From Oscillospiraceae bacterium (GTDB taxonomy: Bacteria > Bacillota > Clostridia > Oscillospirales > Ruminococcaceae): a stretch of DNA of 63,312 nt. This document shows positions 34,212 through 43,122 of the stretch, in pieces. A program made the translations under genes and the position numbers. A model generated the notes under the pieces. The model was not told the origin of the DNA. It did no database searches and saw only the letters and a list, made by a program, of their open reading frames with translations. Numbering within the stretch: the stretch's first letter is position 1; each line of letters starts with the position of its first letter. The stretch is taken from positions 1 through 63,312 of the forward strand of contig JAFSEN010000102.1 in the NCBI GenBank assembly GCA_017435745.1. Reading direction: 5' to 3'.

Positions 34212-34337
34212 AAGCCCCGCCATCATTGTCGGCGGAACAGAATCCAAAAGCAATTTTGAAAAAGGCGCGTTTATTGCATAAAGCGCGGCCGCAAGGACCG
34301 CAAGAAAAATTCCGCAACCGGTCTGTTTTTTGTTCAT
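34203..34337 (-). pseudogene. 5' fragment (~45 codons) of a DMT/EamA-family transporter gene
   Basis: MNKKQTGCGIFLAVLAAALYAINAPFSKLLLDSVPPTMMAGLLYL is a typical EamA N-terminus. Similarity ends at the junction with the IS200 remnant. The ATG overlaps the csoR stop (ATGA). Confidence 0.75.
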
Positions 34338-34597
34338 ATTATTTTATCGATTGCAGCCATAAGATTTTTCATGGTTTCTTCGTCGTTTTCAAGAACCGCA
34401 TCCGCAACGCAATGTTCGATATGGTCCTTAAGAACAACCTTTTCGGCCGCGGCAATTTCCGCCTTTACCGCAGAAAGCTGGATAAGAACTTCGCTGCAAT
34501 CTCTTCCCTCCTCAACCATTTTTTTGACTGCGGAAAGATGACCGACAGAACGCGCAAGCCGTTTTATTACCGCTTTTGTGTGTTTGTGTTCGCCCAA
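34334..34597 (-). CDS. csoR: CsoR/RcnR/FrmR-family metal-sensing repressor
   Basis: 87 aa. KAVIKRLARSVGHLSAVKKMVEEGRDCSEVLIQLSAVKAEI...HIEHCV (C-H-C signature positions). TTG start 10 nt after GGAG. Confidence 0.82.
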   Translation of the reverse strand: MGEHKHTKAVIKRLARSVGHLSAVKKMVEEGRDCSEVLIQLSAVKAEIAAAEKVVLKDHIEHCVADAVLENDEETMKNLMAAIDKII

Positions 34598-34622
34598 AAG
34601 AAAACATCTCCATATAATAAAA

Positions 34623-34639
34623 ATACCCCCCGGGGGTAT
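34623..34639. promoter_or_regulatory. CsoR-type operator (GC-tract palindrome)
   Basis: ATACCCCCCGGGGGTAT, with arms ATACCCCC / GGGGGTAT, located 26 nt upstream of the csoR start. Confidence 0.7.
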
Positions 34640-34672
34640 TTTTATTGTATGGAAAAGAAATGAATTTGTCAG

Positions 34673-34702
34673 CAAAAAAAGCGGCCTCAGGCCGCTTTTT
34701 TT
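34673..34702 (-). terminator. Terminator downstream of bcp (structure is bidirectional)
   Basis: AAAAAAAGCGGCC TCA GGCCGCTTTTTTT. Confidence 0.85.
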
Positions 34703-34706
34703 AAAC

Positions 34707-35165
34707 TTATTTTTTAAGGTATTCAAGAATTTCCGCCGCGTTGGTGTCCGGTTTTACTTTCGGCATAACCTTTTCGATGATTCCGTTTTCATCAATTATA
34801 AAAGTGGAGCGCACCGTTCCGAAAGAAACTTTTCCGTAATTTTTCTTTTCCTGCCATGCGCCGAAAGCTTCGATTACTTTGTGTTCCGGGTCGGAAAGAA
34901 GAACAAAGGGAAGAGAATATTTTTCGGCAAATTTTGCGTGGGAAGAAACGGAATCCTTGCTGATTCCGATCACGGCGACGCCGAGCTTTTCAAATTCGCC
35001 GAAGTTTTCTCCAAAAGCACAGGCCTGGCGGGTACAGCCGGGGGTGTTGTCCCTTGGGTAGAAATATAAAACAACCTTTTTGCCGGAATAATCCGAAAGG
35101 GAAACTTCGTTTCCGTTCTTATCAAAAAGGGTGAAATCCGGGGCTTTTGTTCCTTTTTCAAGCAT
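34707..35165 (-). CDS. bcp: Thioredoxin-dependent thiol peroxidase (Bcp-type peroxiredoxin)
   Basis: APDFTL...VVLYFYPRDNTPGCTRQAC active site. The ATG at 35165 has AGGAG 9 nt upstream. The ORF is open to 35174. Confidence 0.9.
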   Translation of the reverse strand: MLEKGTKAPDFTLFDKNGNEVSLSDYSGKKVVLYFYPRDNTPGCTRQACAFGENFGEFEKLGVAVIGISKDSVSSHAKFAEKYSLPFVLLSDPEHKVIEAFGAWQEKKNYGKVSFGTVRSTFIIDENGIIEKVMPKVKPDTNAAEILEYLKK

Positions 35166-35202
35166 AAAAGACATCTCCTTTTTTAAACGATTTTAAATAA
35201 AA

Positions 35203-37206
35203 TTATTGTTTAACTTTAAGAAGGCGGAGCGACCAGAGAACGGTTATAAGGCAAACGCCAACATCCGCAAAAACCGCAAGCCAAATCGGAGCATAGCCAA
35301 GAGCGCCGAGAATGAGCACAGCAACTTTTACGGCCATGATGAAAATTACGTTCTGGCGGACACAGGCCATTATTTTCTTTGCAATGGAAATTGCGGAAGG
35401 AAGGGCGGAAACGCCGCCTTTCATAAGCACAATATCGGCAGATTCAATCGCTGCGTCGGTTCCCATTCCCATAGCTGCGCCGACATCTGCCGCCGCGAGC
35501 ACGGGAGCATCGTTTATTCCGTCGCCCACAAAAACCGTGGTTCCGGTTTTCTTGATTTCTTCGGTGCGGTCAACTTTATCTTCGGGCATAAGGGAAGCGA
35601 AATAACCGTCAAGGCCACATTCTTCTGCAATTTTTGCGGCAGCGTGCTCATTATCCCCGGTGAGCATAAAGCTGTGCTCAACCCCGAGCCTGCGCAGTTT
35701 TTCAACGGATTCTTTTGCTTCGGGCCTTACGGTATCCTCAAGGAAGATGCTTCCGGCAAACAAGGAATCAACAGCAATATAAAGGCTTGCGCCATGAACA
35801 TCCGGAAGAACTGTGCCGGCGTGCTCAAAAAGTTTTTTGTTTCCGCAAATTACGGAAACTTCGCCGAAACTTACGGTAACTCCTTCGCCGGCAATTTCGT
35901 TTATTTTATCTGCGGCGGGGAAATCGATGTTTCTGTTTTCCGCTTCCGAAACCACGCATTTTGCAATAGGATGGTCGGAAAGAGCTTCTGCCGCTGCGGC
36001 ATAGCGAAGAATATCGTTTTCGGAAAAACCGTTTGCGGTTTTTATTTCCGCAACCCGGAGGATTCCGGAAGTTAGGGTGCCGGTTTTGTCAAAAACAGCG
36101 TTTTTGATTTTTGCAAGGCGTTCGCAGTATTCCGAACCCTTGATTATAACGCCCTGTTTTGATGCCGCGCCGATTCCGGCAAAATATGCAAGAGGAATTG
36201 AAAGAACAAGAGCGCAGGGGCAGCTTGAAACAAGGAAAACAAGGGCGCGGTGGGCGCTTTCGGAAACACCGAGCCAGCCGAACACCAGCGGAACCGCAAA
36301 AACAAGAATGGCAAGAATGATTACGATTGGGGTGTAAATTTCGGAAAAACGGGTGATGAATTTTTCGGTTGCGCCTTTTTTTGCAGAAGCGCCTTCGACC
36401 ATTTCGATTATTCTTGAGGCGGCGGAATCGCCGTATCCGCTTACGGTTTCACAATGCGCGGGGCTTCCGAGAACGACACATCCGGCTTTAAGGATTTCGC
36501 CGGGAGCAATATGCACCGGAATGCTTTCTCCGGTGAGAGCGGAAGAATCTGCCATAACGCTTTCGGAAAGAACCCGGCAATCAAGCGGAACTCTTTCGCC
36601 GACTTTTACGATAATTTCCGTGCCGATTTCAACTTCCGCCGCCGGAACGGATTCGATATCTCCGTCATTCGGACAAATGATGTTTGCTGTGTCCGGGCGG
36701 ATATCCGCAAGGGCGGAAATGTTCTTTTTGGAACGGTTTACCGCAAGTCCTTCAAGATTTTCACCGAAGGTGAAAAGAAGAGCAACCATTGTTCCTTCAA
36801 CGTATTCGCCGATTATAAAAGCCGCAACAACGGCAATTGACATAAGGGTTTCTTCCCCGAAATGGAAACGGAGAATATCTTTAAAACCTTCCTTAAGAAC
36901 TTCTCTTCCGGCAACAAGAGTTACCGCAAGGCAGATCAGGAAAGCAAAAGGTCTTAAAAACGGAATAAAACTGAGCGCAAAAACAGCCGCGCAAATTCCG
37001 GAAAGCAAAAGTTCTTTTTTAATTTCGTCGCTGTCTTTTCCGCCGTGACATGCGCAGGAATGTTCGTGACATTCGTGGCCGCATCCGCAATGGTCGCCGT
37101 GACAATGGTCGTGATGATGTTCGTGTTCGCGGCAGGAACAGTTGTCGTCATGGCAATGTTCGTGTTCATGGCAGCAACATTCTTTTTCGTGGCAATGTTC
37201 GCTCAT
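35203..37206 (-). CDS. cadA: Heavy-metal (Cd/Zn/Co-type) P1B-type ATPase with a His/Cys-rich N-terminus
   Basis: CPC motif (SSCPCALVLS), DKTGTLT, HP (SDHPIAK) and VGDGINDAPVLAAAD. N-terminus MSEHCHEKECCCHEHEHCHDDNCSCREHEHHHDHCHGDHCGCGHECHEHSCACHGG. GGAGGA RBS. Confidence 0.9.
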   Translation of the reverse strand: MSEHCHEKECCCHEHEHCHDDNCSCREHEHHHDHCHGDHCGCGHECHEHSCACHGGKDSDEIKKELLLSGICAAVFALSFIPFLRPFAFLICLAVTLVAGREVLKEGFKDILRFHFGEETLMSIAVVAAFIIGEYVEGTMVALLFTFGENLEGLAVNRSKKNISALADIRPDTANIICPNDGDIESVPAAEVEIGTEIIVKVGERVPLDCRVLSESVMADSSALTGESIPVHIAPGEILKAGCVVLGSPAHCETVSGYGDSAASRIIEMVEGASAKKGATEKFITRFSEIYTPIVIILAILVFAVPLVFGWLGVSESAHRALVFLVSSCPCALVLSIPLAYFAGIGAASKQGVIIKGSEYCERLAKIKNAVFDKTGTLTSGILRVAEIKTANGFSENDILRYAAAAEALSDHPIAKCVVSEAENRNIDFPAADKINEIAGEGVTVSFGEVSVICGNKKLFEHAGTVLPDVHGASLYIAVDSLFAGSIFLEDTVRPEAKESVEKLRRLGVEHSFMLTGDNEHAAAKIAEECGLDGYFASLMPEDKVDRTEEIKKTGTTVFVGDGINDAPVLAAADVGAAMGMGTDAAIESADIVLMKGGVSALPSAISIAKKIMACVRQNVIFIMAVKVAVLILGALGYAPIWLAVFADVGVCLITVLWSLRLLKVKQ

Positions 37207-37210
37207 TTTT

Positions 37211-37552
37211 TTAATCCTCCTCCACATGTGAAATTCCGGTGCAGAGAATTGCGCCGATATGGGCGTCGTCAAGGGAATAATAAATCTGTTTTCCTTCCCG
37301 GCGGTTTTTGATGAGTCTTGCGGCTTTAAGAACCGAAAGCTGGTGCGAAACTGCGCTCTGGCTCATATCAAGAAGATCGCAAAGGCAGCAGACGCACATT
37401 TCCCCTTCGGAAAGGGCGGCAAGAATTCTTATTCTTGTTTTATCGCCGAAAACTTTGAAAACTTCGGCGGTTTTTTCAAGAACTTCCTCGGAAGGCATAT
37501 TTGCTTTTGTCTGGGAAATTATATGGGCGTGTTCCGGGTGTATATCGGGCAA
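37211..37552 (-). CDS. ArsR/SmtB-family metalloregulator (CzrA/CadC-like)
   Basis: FKVFGDKTRIRILAAL...CVCCLCDLL..SQSAVSHQLSVLKAARLI. A TTG start at 37552 with AGGAG 8 nt upstream is preferred. The ATG at 37597 lies inside the operator and has no RBS. Confidence 0.85.
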   Translation of the reverse strand: MPDIHPEHAHIISQTKANMPSEEVLEKTAEVFKVFGDKTRIRILAALSEGEMCVCCLCDLLDMSQSAVSHQLSVLKAARLIKNRREGKQIYYSLDDAHIGAILCTGISHVEED

Positions 37553-37578
37553 AATTATCAACTCCTGAATAATATGAA

Positions 37579-37637
37579 CATATGAACAATTATTCATATG
37601 TTGATTTGAGTATAGCCCTGTTTCGGCCCTGTGTCAA
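37579..37637 (-). promoter_or_regulatory. Promoter (TTGACA-17-TATACT) plus SmtB/CzrA-type operator for the arsR-cadA operon
   Basis: -35 at 37632-37637 and -10 at 37609-37614 (minus strand). Operator CATATGAACAATTATTCATATG at 37579-37600 contains the TGAACA-N2-TATTCA core. An extra half-site AATATGAACA lies at 37571. Confidence 0.75.
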
Positions 37638-37730
37638 CAGCTTTTATCAAAAAATTTACAAATAAAATGTTCCATTGGGCGTGTATTTGTGATATTGTAG
37701 TGTAAACAAAGAAAAACTGGAGGCGCGCGA

Positions 37731-38789
37731 ATGTCTTTTTATGAAGAACAGGCCGGAATTCCGGAACAGGAACGCCGCACAACTGTTTATCATACCGGAA
37801 ACGGTTTTTATAACCCCTATGTTGAACCCCTTTGGAAGAAAGAAAGAAGACTTATCCGCGGAGCGGGAAACGGAATTGGCCTTGCGGCCCTCGGCTATGT
37901 TGTTCTTTCGCTCCTTGCGGGAGTTATCTATGCGGTTCTTATCCAGCTTCTCTATCCCGCATCAAAAATACACGGTCTTCTCTATGTTACCGAAACAACG
38001 GAATGGATCTTTACCCTTCTTAACTATGTGTTCACCCTTATAATTCCTTTCGGTATCTATGCGCTTTGCGTTAAAATGCCTTTTAAAATCGCGGTTCCGA
38101 TAAAAAAGGCAAAGGCCGACCTTACTTTTGCGGGGCTTTTCATCGGCCTTGGGGTCGGTGTTGTTGCTTCATACGCCACAACCTTCCTCCAGCTTGGCCT
38201 TGAAGCGGTTGGAATCGGAATTTCAATGCCGGAATACGAAGTTCCGGAAACTATGCCGGGAATTATAATCTATGTAATTGCGCTTACTGTTGCCCCTGCG
38301 TTTATTGAGGAAATTATTTTCCGCGGAATTGTAATGCAAAGTCTGCGCCGTTTCGGTGATATGTTTGCGCTGGTTGCCTCCGCGCTGATTTTCGGAATTT
38401 TCCATCTGAATCTTATTCAGATGCCCTATGCCTTTATTCTCGGCCTTTGTATCGGCTATTTTGTGATGAGAACCGGTTCCCTCTGGGTCGGAATTATGAT
38501 TCACCTTGTAAACAACGGCGTTGCGGTTGCTTTTGAATTTGCATATCCCTATATGACCGAGGAAATATATTATTTGTTAAACTCTGTGTATAATCTCGTT
38601 TGCATTATACTTTCCGTAGCCGCGATTCTCTATACGGTTTCAAAATATAAGGATATTTTCCGTCTTGAACCGAGCCGCAATGTTCTTTCTCCCGGAAAAA
38701 GATGTCTTTATTTCCTTACTTCCCCGGCTTTGATTCTGGCGATGATCGCCGCGGTTATAATGACTGTTCCGTATATCCATATTCTTTGA
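37731..38789 (+). CDS. CPBP-family intramembrane glutamic endopeptidase (CAAX protease-like)
   Basis: EEIIFRG, FGIFHL and HLVNN motifs within a multi-TM protein. GGAGG RBS. Confidence 0.88.
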   Translation: MSFYEEQAGIPEQERRTTVYHTGNGFYNPYVEPLWKKERRLIRGAGNGIGLAALGYVVLSLLAGVIYAVLIQLLYPASKIHGLLYVTETTEWIFTLLNYVFTLIIPFGIYALCVKMPFKIAVPIKKAKADLTFAGLFIGLGVGVVASYATTFLQLGLEAVGIGISMPEYEVPETMPGIIIYVIALTVAPAFIEEIIFRGIVMQSLRRFGDMFALVASALIFGIFHLNLIQMPYAFILGLCIGYFVMRTGSLWVGIMIHLVNNGVAVAFEFAYPYMTEEIYYLLNSVYNLVCIILSVAAILYTVSKYKDIFRLEPSRNVLSPGKRCLYFLTSPALILAMIAAVIMTVPYIHIL

Positions 38790-38795
38790 CAGGCG

Positions 38796-39278
38796 GTGAA
38801 AAAATTGACCGATGAGGAATATATGCGCGAAGCTCTTGCCCTTGCAAGAAAAGCCTTTGAACTTGGGGAAGTGCCGGTGGGGGCTGTTGCGGTTTGGGAA
38901 GGAAAAATCGTCGGAAGAGGAATGAACCTTCGGGAAACGGACAAAAACGCCCTGCGCCATGCGGAAATTGCCGCAATTGACGAAGCCTGCAAAACCCTTG
39001 GCGGCTGGAGGCTTTGGAAATGTGATCTTTACGTAACGCTTGAACCTTGCCCAATGTGCGCCGGAGCTATTATAAATTCAAGAATCCGCAGAGTAATATA
39101 CGGCGCTTCCGACCCGAAAGCCGGTTCCTGCGGAAGTCTTGTGGATCTTTTTGAAATTCCGTATAACCATAAGCCGGAAGTTGTTCCCGGCGTTCTTGAA
39201 GAGGAATGTTCCGGAATACTTAAAGAATTTTTTTCAAAGCTCAGGGAAAAACGAAAAAACGAAAAACCGTCCGAATAA
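38796..39278 (+). CDS. tadA: tRNA adenosine(34) deaminase TadA
   Basis: HAEIAAI and TLEPCPMCAGAI zinc motifs. Start is uncertain (GTG 38796, TTG 38805 or ATG 38823). Confidence 0.9.
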   Translation: MKKLTDEEYMREALALARKAFELGEVPVGAVAVWEGKIVGRGMNLRETDKNALRHAEIAAIDEACKTLGGWRLWKCDLYVTLEPCPMCAGAIINSRIRRVIYGASDPKAGSCGSLVDLFEIPYNHKPEVVPGVLEEECSGILKEFFSKLREKRKNEKPSE

Positions 39279-39629
39279 CCGGGCGGTTTTTTTATAAATC
39301 ATTTCAAAAAATCCCCTGCTGTCCGAACGGATTGCCCTCGGCATATTATGTACCGTGCCCTTAAAAAGGGTTTTATATAGCGGGGGCGGAGCCATCTTTT
39401 TTGGGCAAAGCCTCCGCATTTTTTATTGGGCGAAGCAAAGGACTTTAAATGAAAATTTTTTGTAAACAAAGGCCGTCCGCTATTCCAAAACGGGTTAGAA
39501 ACGCTTTGCAAGGTTGACCTTTTTTATTGTTTTTGGTACAATAAACTGTAAAAATATATTTTTATAACATATTAGGGAACTTTTTTACCGGAAAACAGCA
39601 GTTTTACAATTTAAGGAGATGTTTTTGAG

Positions 39630-40289
39630 ATGAAAGAAGCAATTATTGCGCCTTCAATCCTTTCCGCAGATTTTGCAAAGCTTGGTCAGGAATGTGCCGA
39701 CATGGAAAAAGCGGGAGCGGATCAGCTCCACATCGACGTTATGGACGGACATTTTGTTCCTAATATAAGCTACGGTGCTCCGATTATGAAAAGCCTGCGT
39801 AAGGTCAACAAGATGTTTTTTGACACTCATCTTATGATTTCCGAACCGCTTAAATACATCGAAGATTTTGTTAAAGGCGGCGCGGACAGAATCACCTTCC
39901 ACCTTGAATGTGATAACGACCCGATGGAAGTTATTGAAAAAATTAAATCCTTCGGCGTTCTTCCCGCAATTGCAATAAAACCCGGAACCCCTTATGAAAA
40001 AGTTGTGCCCTATCTTCCCTTTATCGAAATGGTACTCGTAATGACTGTTGAACCCGGTTTCGGCGGACAGAGCTTTATGGAGGATATGATGCCGAAAGTA
40101 AAAGCTTTAAGAGAGATCATCGATAAAGAAGGACTTTCCGTCAACATCCAGGTTGACGGCGGAATCGACAAAAACACTATCGGAAAAGCCGCAGAAGCCG
40201 GCGCAAATATTTTTGTTGCAGGTTCGGCGCTTTTCCGCCAGGAAGATTATACAAAAGCCGTTGCGGAACTTAAAGAAGCCGCAAAATAA
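39630..40289 (+). CDS. rpe: Ribulose-phosphate 3-epimerase
   Basis: 219 aa. IAPSILSADF, HIDVMDGHFVPN, MTVEPGFGGQSF and VDGGI. Confidence 0.95.
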   Translation: MKEAIIAPSILSADFAKLGQECADMEKAGADQLHIDVMDGHFVPNISYGAPIMKSLRKVNKMFFDTHLMISEPLKYIEDFVKGGADRITFHLECDNDPMEVIEKIKSFGVLPAIAIKPGTPYEKVVPYLPFIEMVLVMTVEPGFGGQSFMEDMMPKVKALREIIDKEGLSVNIQVDGGIDKNTIGKAAEAGANIFVAGSALFRQEDYTKAVAELKEAAK

Positions 40290-40316
40290 GGAAATCTATC
40301 CTATTGGAGGAAAACA

Positions 40317-41363
40317 ATGTCATTTTTTGTAAAAGGCATACTTCTTGAACAAAAGAAGGAACCAATGCTGACAAGAAGCACCCTTGTAATGCGCCAGGAA
40401 TTCGAATATTTTGAATGCGATTTTTCGGATGTTCCGGTTGAAGAACTTTCCGGCGAACAGATAATCGAACTTGCGCGCCTTGCAGAAATAGTCGATGAAA
40501 GCGACGGAAAAATGCTTTGGGAAAAGCTTGAAAAAGCAAACCTTGGCGAAGGCGGAACGCTTGTAATCGATGCGATCGATGATGAACCCTATATCTCAAG
40601 CCAGATGAGTATCGGAATACATCAGCCGGAAAAACTTGCTGCGGGAATTGAACTTTGCGAACGGGCGGTTTCCCCGGAAAAAACATATATTGCGATGTAT
40701 CGCCATATTCTTGATTCCAACTTCGGAATCCCGGGTAAAATCGGAAAATATAAAGTCAAAAAAATCGGCGGACGTTATCCCGCCGAAAGCAGAGTTTACC
40801 GCCATATTCCCAAGGGAAAAAACTCTATAATAGTGGGCGCCTGCGCAATGCTCCATCTTGCAAGAGCGGCGGAAGAAAACAGAAAGATGACAACCTGTTT
40901 TGTAACCGTTGCCGGCGACATTGTAAAAAACCCGAGAAATATCGAAGCACCCATCGGGACCACCGCAGAAAAACTTCTTGAACTTTGCGGACTTACGGAT
41001 GAACCGGAAGCAATAGTGGTCGGCGGTTCCATGACCGGAAGGGCGATTTTTGAACCGGAAAACGAAACGGTCGGCCCGACCACAAGGGGCGTTATTGCCC
41101 TTGCAAGAAGCTACGGTACATACAGCTACACCTGCATAGGCTGCGGAAGATGCGACCATGCTTGCCCAAAGGCTCTTTCCGTCTGCGCAATGAGAAAATT
41201 TGCGGAAGCCGGGGAACTTGATATGCTCAGGCACTATGATATTTCCCTTTGCATAGGCTGCGGAGCCTGTTCCTACGTTTGTCCTTCAAGAATCGACGTC
41301 GCAGCAACTCTTATAAAAGCAAAAAAACAGATTGAAATTGCAAAGAAGGAGGGGACGTTATGA
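40317..41363 (+). CDS. RnfC-like subunit, truncated and degenerate (SLBB plus 2x[4Fe-4S] retained, nucleotide loop lost)
   Basis: 348 aa. CIGCGRCDHACP and CIGCGACSYVCP are present. The position of the canonical GLGGAGFP loop reads DESDGKML, and ECEPY reads DDEPY. VVGGSMTG is retained. Confidence 0.75.
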   Translation: MSFFVKGILLEQKKEPMLTRSTLVMRQEFEYFECDFSDVPVEELSGEQIIELARLAEIVDESDGKMLWEKLEKANLGEGGTLVIDAIDDEPYISSQMSIGIHQPEKLAAGIELCERAVSPEKTYIAMYRHILDSNFGIPGKIGKYKVKKIGGRYPAESRVYRHIPKGKNSIIVGACAMLHLARAAEENRKMTTCFVTVAGDIVKNPRNIEAPIGTTAEKLLELCGLTDEPEAIVVGGSMTGRAIFEPENETVGPTTRGVIALARSYGTYSYTCIGCGRCDHACPKALSVCAMRKFAEAGELDMLRHYDISLCIGCGACSYVCPSRIDVAATLIKAKKQIEIAKKEGTL

Positions 41364-42490
41364 AAGAAAAACTGATGTTCCAAAACGCTCCCCATGTTCG
41401 CCAAAGCGAATCCGTCGTGACTATGATGGTTGACGTTATCGTCGCCCTTGTTCCGATTTATGCAATGTGCTTTTTCTATTACGGAGCAAGAAGCATAATG
41501 CTCGGCCTTGCGGGAGCTTTTATCTGCTTTGCTCTTTCTGCTCTTGGTTCTCTTGCTCTTCGCGAAAAACCTGTTCCGGATCTTACGCCGATTATAACCG
41601 GACTTATAATCCCGCTTCTTATGCCGGCGAATATTCCGTATTACGTTGTTTTCTCCGCCTGCGCGGTTGCAATTCTTGTTGTAAAATTCCCCTTCGGCGG
41701 AACGGGAAACAACCTTTTTAACCCCGCGGCCGTAGGTTTTGCTTCCGTTGCAATCTGCTGGCCGGAACTTGTTTTCAGCTATCCGGCGGCGATGCAAAAA
41801 ATTGAAATTTTTGGAGAAACAACCGCAAAACTTGCCCAAAGCCCGGCTTACAGCCTTTCTCTCGGCGCTGTCCCGGATTACGGCGTTCTTGATATGCTTC
41901 TCGGAAGCGCCCCGGGACCTATGGGCGCAACAAACGTTCTTGTTGTTGCCGCCTGCGGAATTTTTCTCATCGTAAAAAAAGCAATAAACTGGGTAACTCC
42001 GGTGTTTTTCCTTCTTCCCTATGCTTTCCTCTGCATCCTTTTCCCGAGAATCGGCGGTTCCGCTTTCGATGCGTTTTGTTATGAACTTTTCAGCGGAATG
42101 ACCGTTTTCGGCGCATTCTTTATGCTTACAGAGCCGGTAACTTCGCCGAAAAGGGATTTCGGAAAAATCATGGCGGGGGTTTCTTCCGCATTTGTTGTTT
42201 TCCTTTTCAGATATTTCGGAGAATTTGAAATGGGCTTTGCAAGCGCGCTTATCGTAATGAACGTGTTCTCTCCGATTTTCGATGCGGTATGCGAAAACGT
42301 TCTTCATGTTTACAGACATAAAGAAGCGCTTTTGGATTCTTTCAAAAAGAAAAAAGAGGAACCGGAAGTTTCGGTTTTTGAAGAAAAAACCGAAGAAAAA
42401 ACCGCTTCCGAAGAAACAACCGAAATTCCGAAAGAGGAAGAAACCGAAATTTCTGAAAACGAAACTGAACATGAGGAGGCTGTGGTATGA
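41360..42490 (+). CDS. RnfD/NqrB-family membrane subunit with an acidic C-terminal tail
   Basis: FQNAPHVRQSESV, multi-TM, GSAPGPMGATNVLVVAACGIFLIVKK. Tail EEPEVSVFEEKTEEKTASEETTEIPKEEETEISENETEHEE. 4-nt overlap with the upstream gene. Confidence 0.8.
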   Translation: MKEKLMFQNAPHVRQSESVVTMMVDVIVALVPIYAMCFFYYGARSIMLGLAGAFICFALSALGSLALREKPVPDLTPIITGLIIPLLMPANIPYYVVFSACAVAILVVKFPFGGTGNNLFNPAAVGFASVAICWPELVFSYPAAMQKIEIFGETTAKLAQSPAYSLSLGAVPDYGVLDMLLGSAPGPMGATNVLVVAACGIFLIVKKAINWVTPVFFLLPYAFLCILFPRIGGSAFDAFCYELFSGMTVFGAFFMLTEPVTSPKRDFGKIMAGVSSAFVVFLFRYFGEFEMGFASALIVMNVFSPIFDAVCENVLHVYRHKEALLDSFKKKKEEPEVSVFEEKTEEKTASEETTEIPKEEETEISENETEHEEAVV

Positions 42491-43122
42491 GCAAAATGAA
42501 AGCTTATTTCAAAGAAAGCCTCGGCTATATCTTTTTTAAAAACCCGGTTCTCGTTCTCGGTCTTGTAATCGGCCAGCTTGCCGCGGGAGATAACAACCTT
42601 CGCAACGCGGCGGCCCTTTCCGTAACGTATTTTCTGATAATCGTTCCGGTTCTTTTTCTGGCTTCAACTGTCGGCAAAAAACTTCCGGATTGGTTAAAAC
42701 CGGTGTTCTATGCCGCTTTTTCAGCGGCGATGCTCTTGCCCTCGTATTTTATAAGCGGAAGTTTTTCCGCAACGATTTTCGATTCGGCGGGTATTTATCC
42801 GGCTCTTCTTGCGGTTTCAACCGTTCCGATTGTTTTTGCTGAAAAAATTGCGGAAAAACAAACCCCCGGAAAAGCTTTTGCAAACGGAATCTGCCTTGCC
42901 GTCGGTTTTGCCGTTACCGCAATTATTCTCGGCGCGGCAAGAGAGATCCTTGCAAACGGAAGCCTTTGGGGAATAAAATTTGCTGAAATTCTTTTCCCTG
43001 CGGCGGATCTTCCTTTCTGGGGATTTATCTTCCTCGGATTTATGGCTGCGGCGGTAAACTTTATAAAAGAATTTATTAAAAAACCGGAAGAAACTTCGGC
43101 TGGTGAGGAGGAGAAAGCATGA
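42487..43122 (+). CDS. RnfE/NqrD-like membrane subunit (conserved Cys positions substituted)
   Basis: FKNPVLVLGLVIGQLA (canonical LGLCP) and LLAVSTVPIVFAEKIA (canonical TNC-x-LGRAEAFA). 4-nt overlap with the upstream gene. Confidence 0.72.
   Translation: MSKMKAYFKESLGYIFFKNPVLVLGLVIGQLAAGDNNLRNAAALSVTYFLIIVPVLFLASTVGKKLPDWLKPVFYAAFSAAMLLPSYFISGSFSATIFDSAGIYPALLAVSTVPIVFAEKIAEKQTPGKAFANGICLAVGFAVTAIILGAAREILANGSLWGIKFAEILFPAADLPFWGFIFLGFMAAAVNFIKEFIKKPEETSAGEEEKA

Noticed and set aside
39296-39629. Looked for an SRP (4.5S/scRNA) gene in the 330-nt noncoding gap downstream of tadA, where it sits in Bacillus-type genomes.
   Set aside because: No domain IV signature (GGAAGCAGCC-type motif or GNAR loop helix) on either strand. 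Only a weak hairpin and a TTGACC-17-TACAAT promoter for rpe could be supported.
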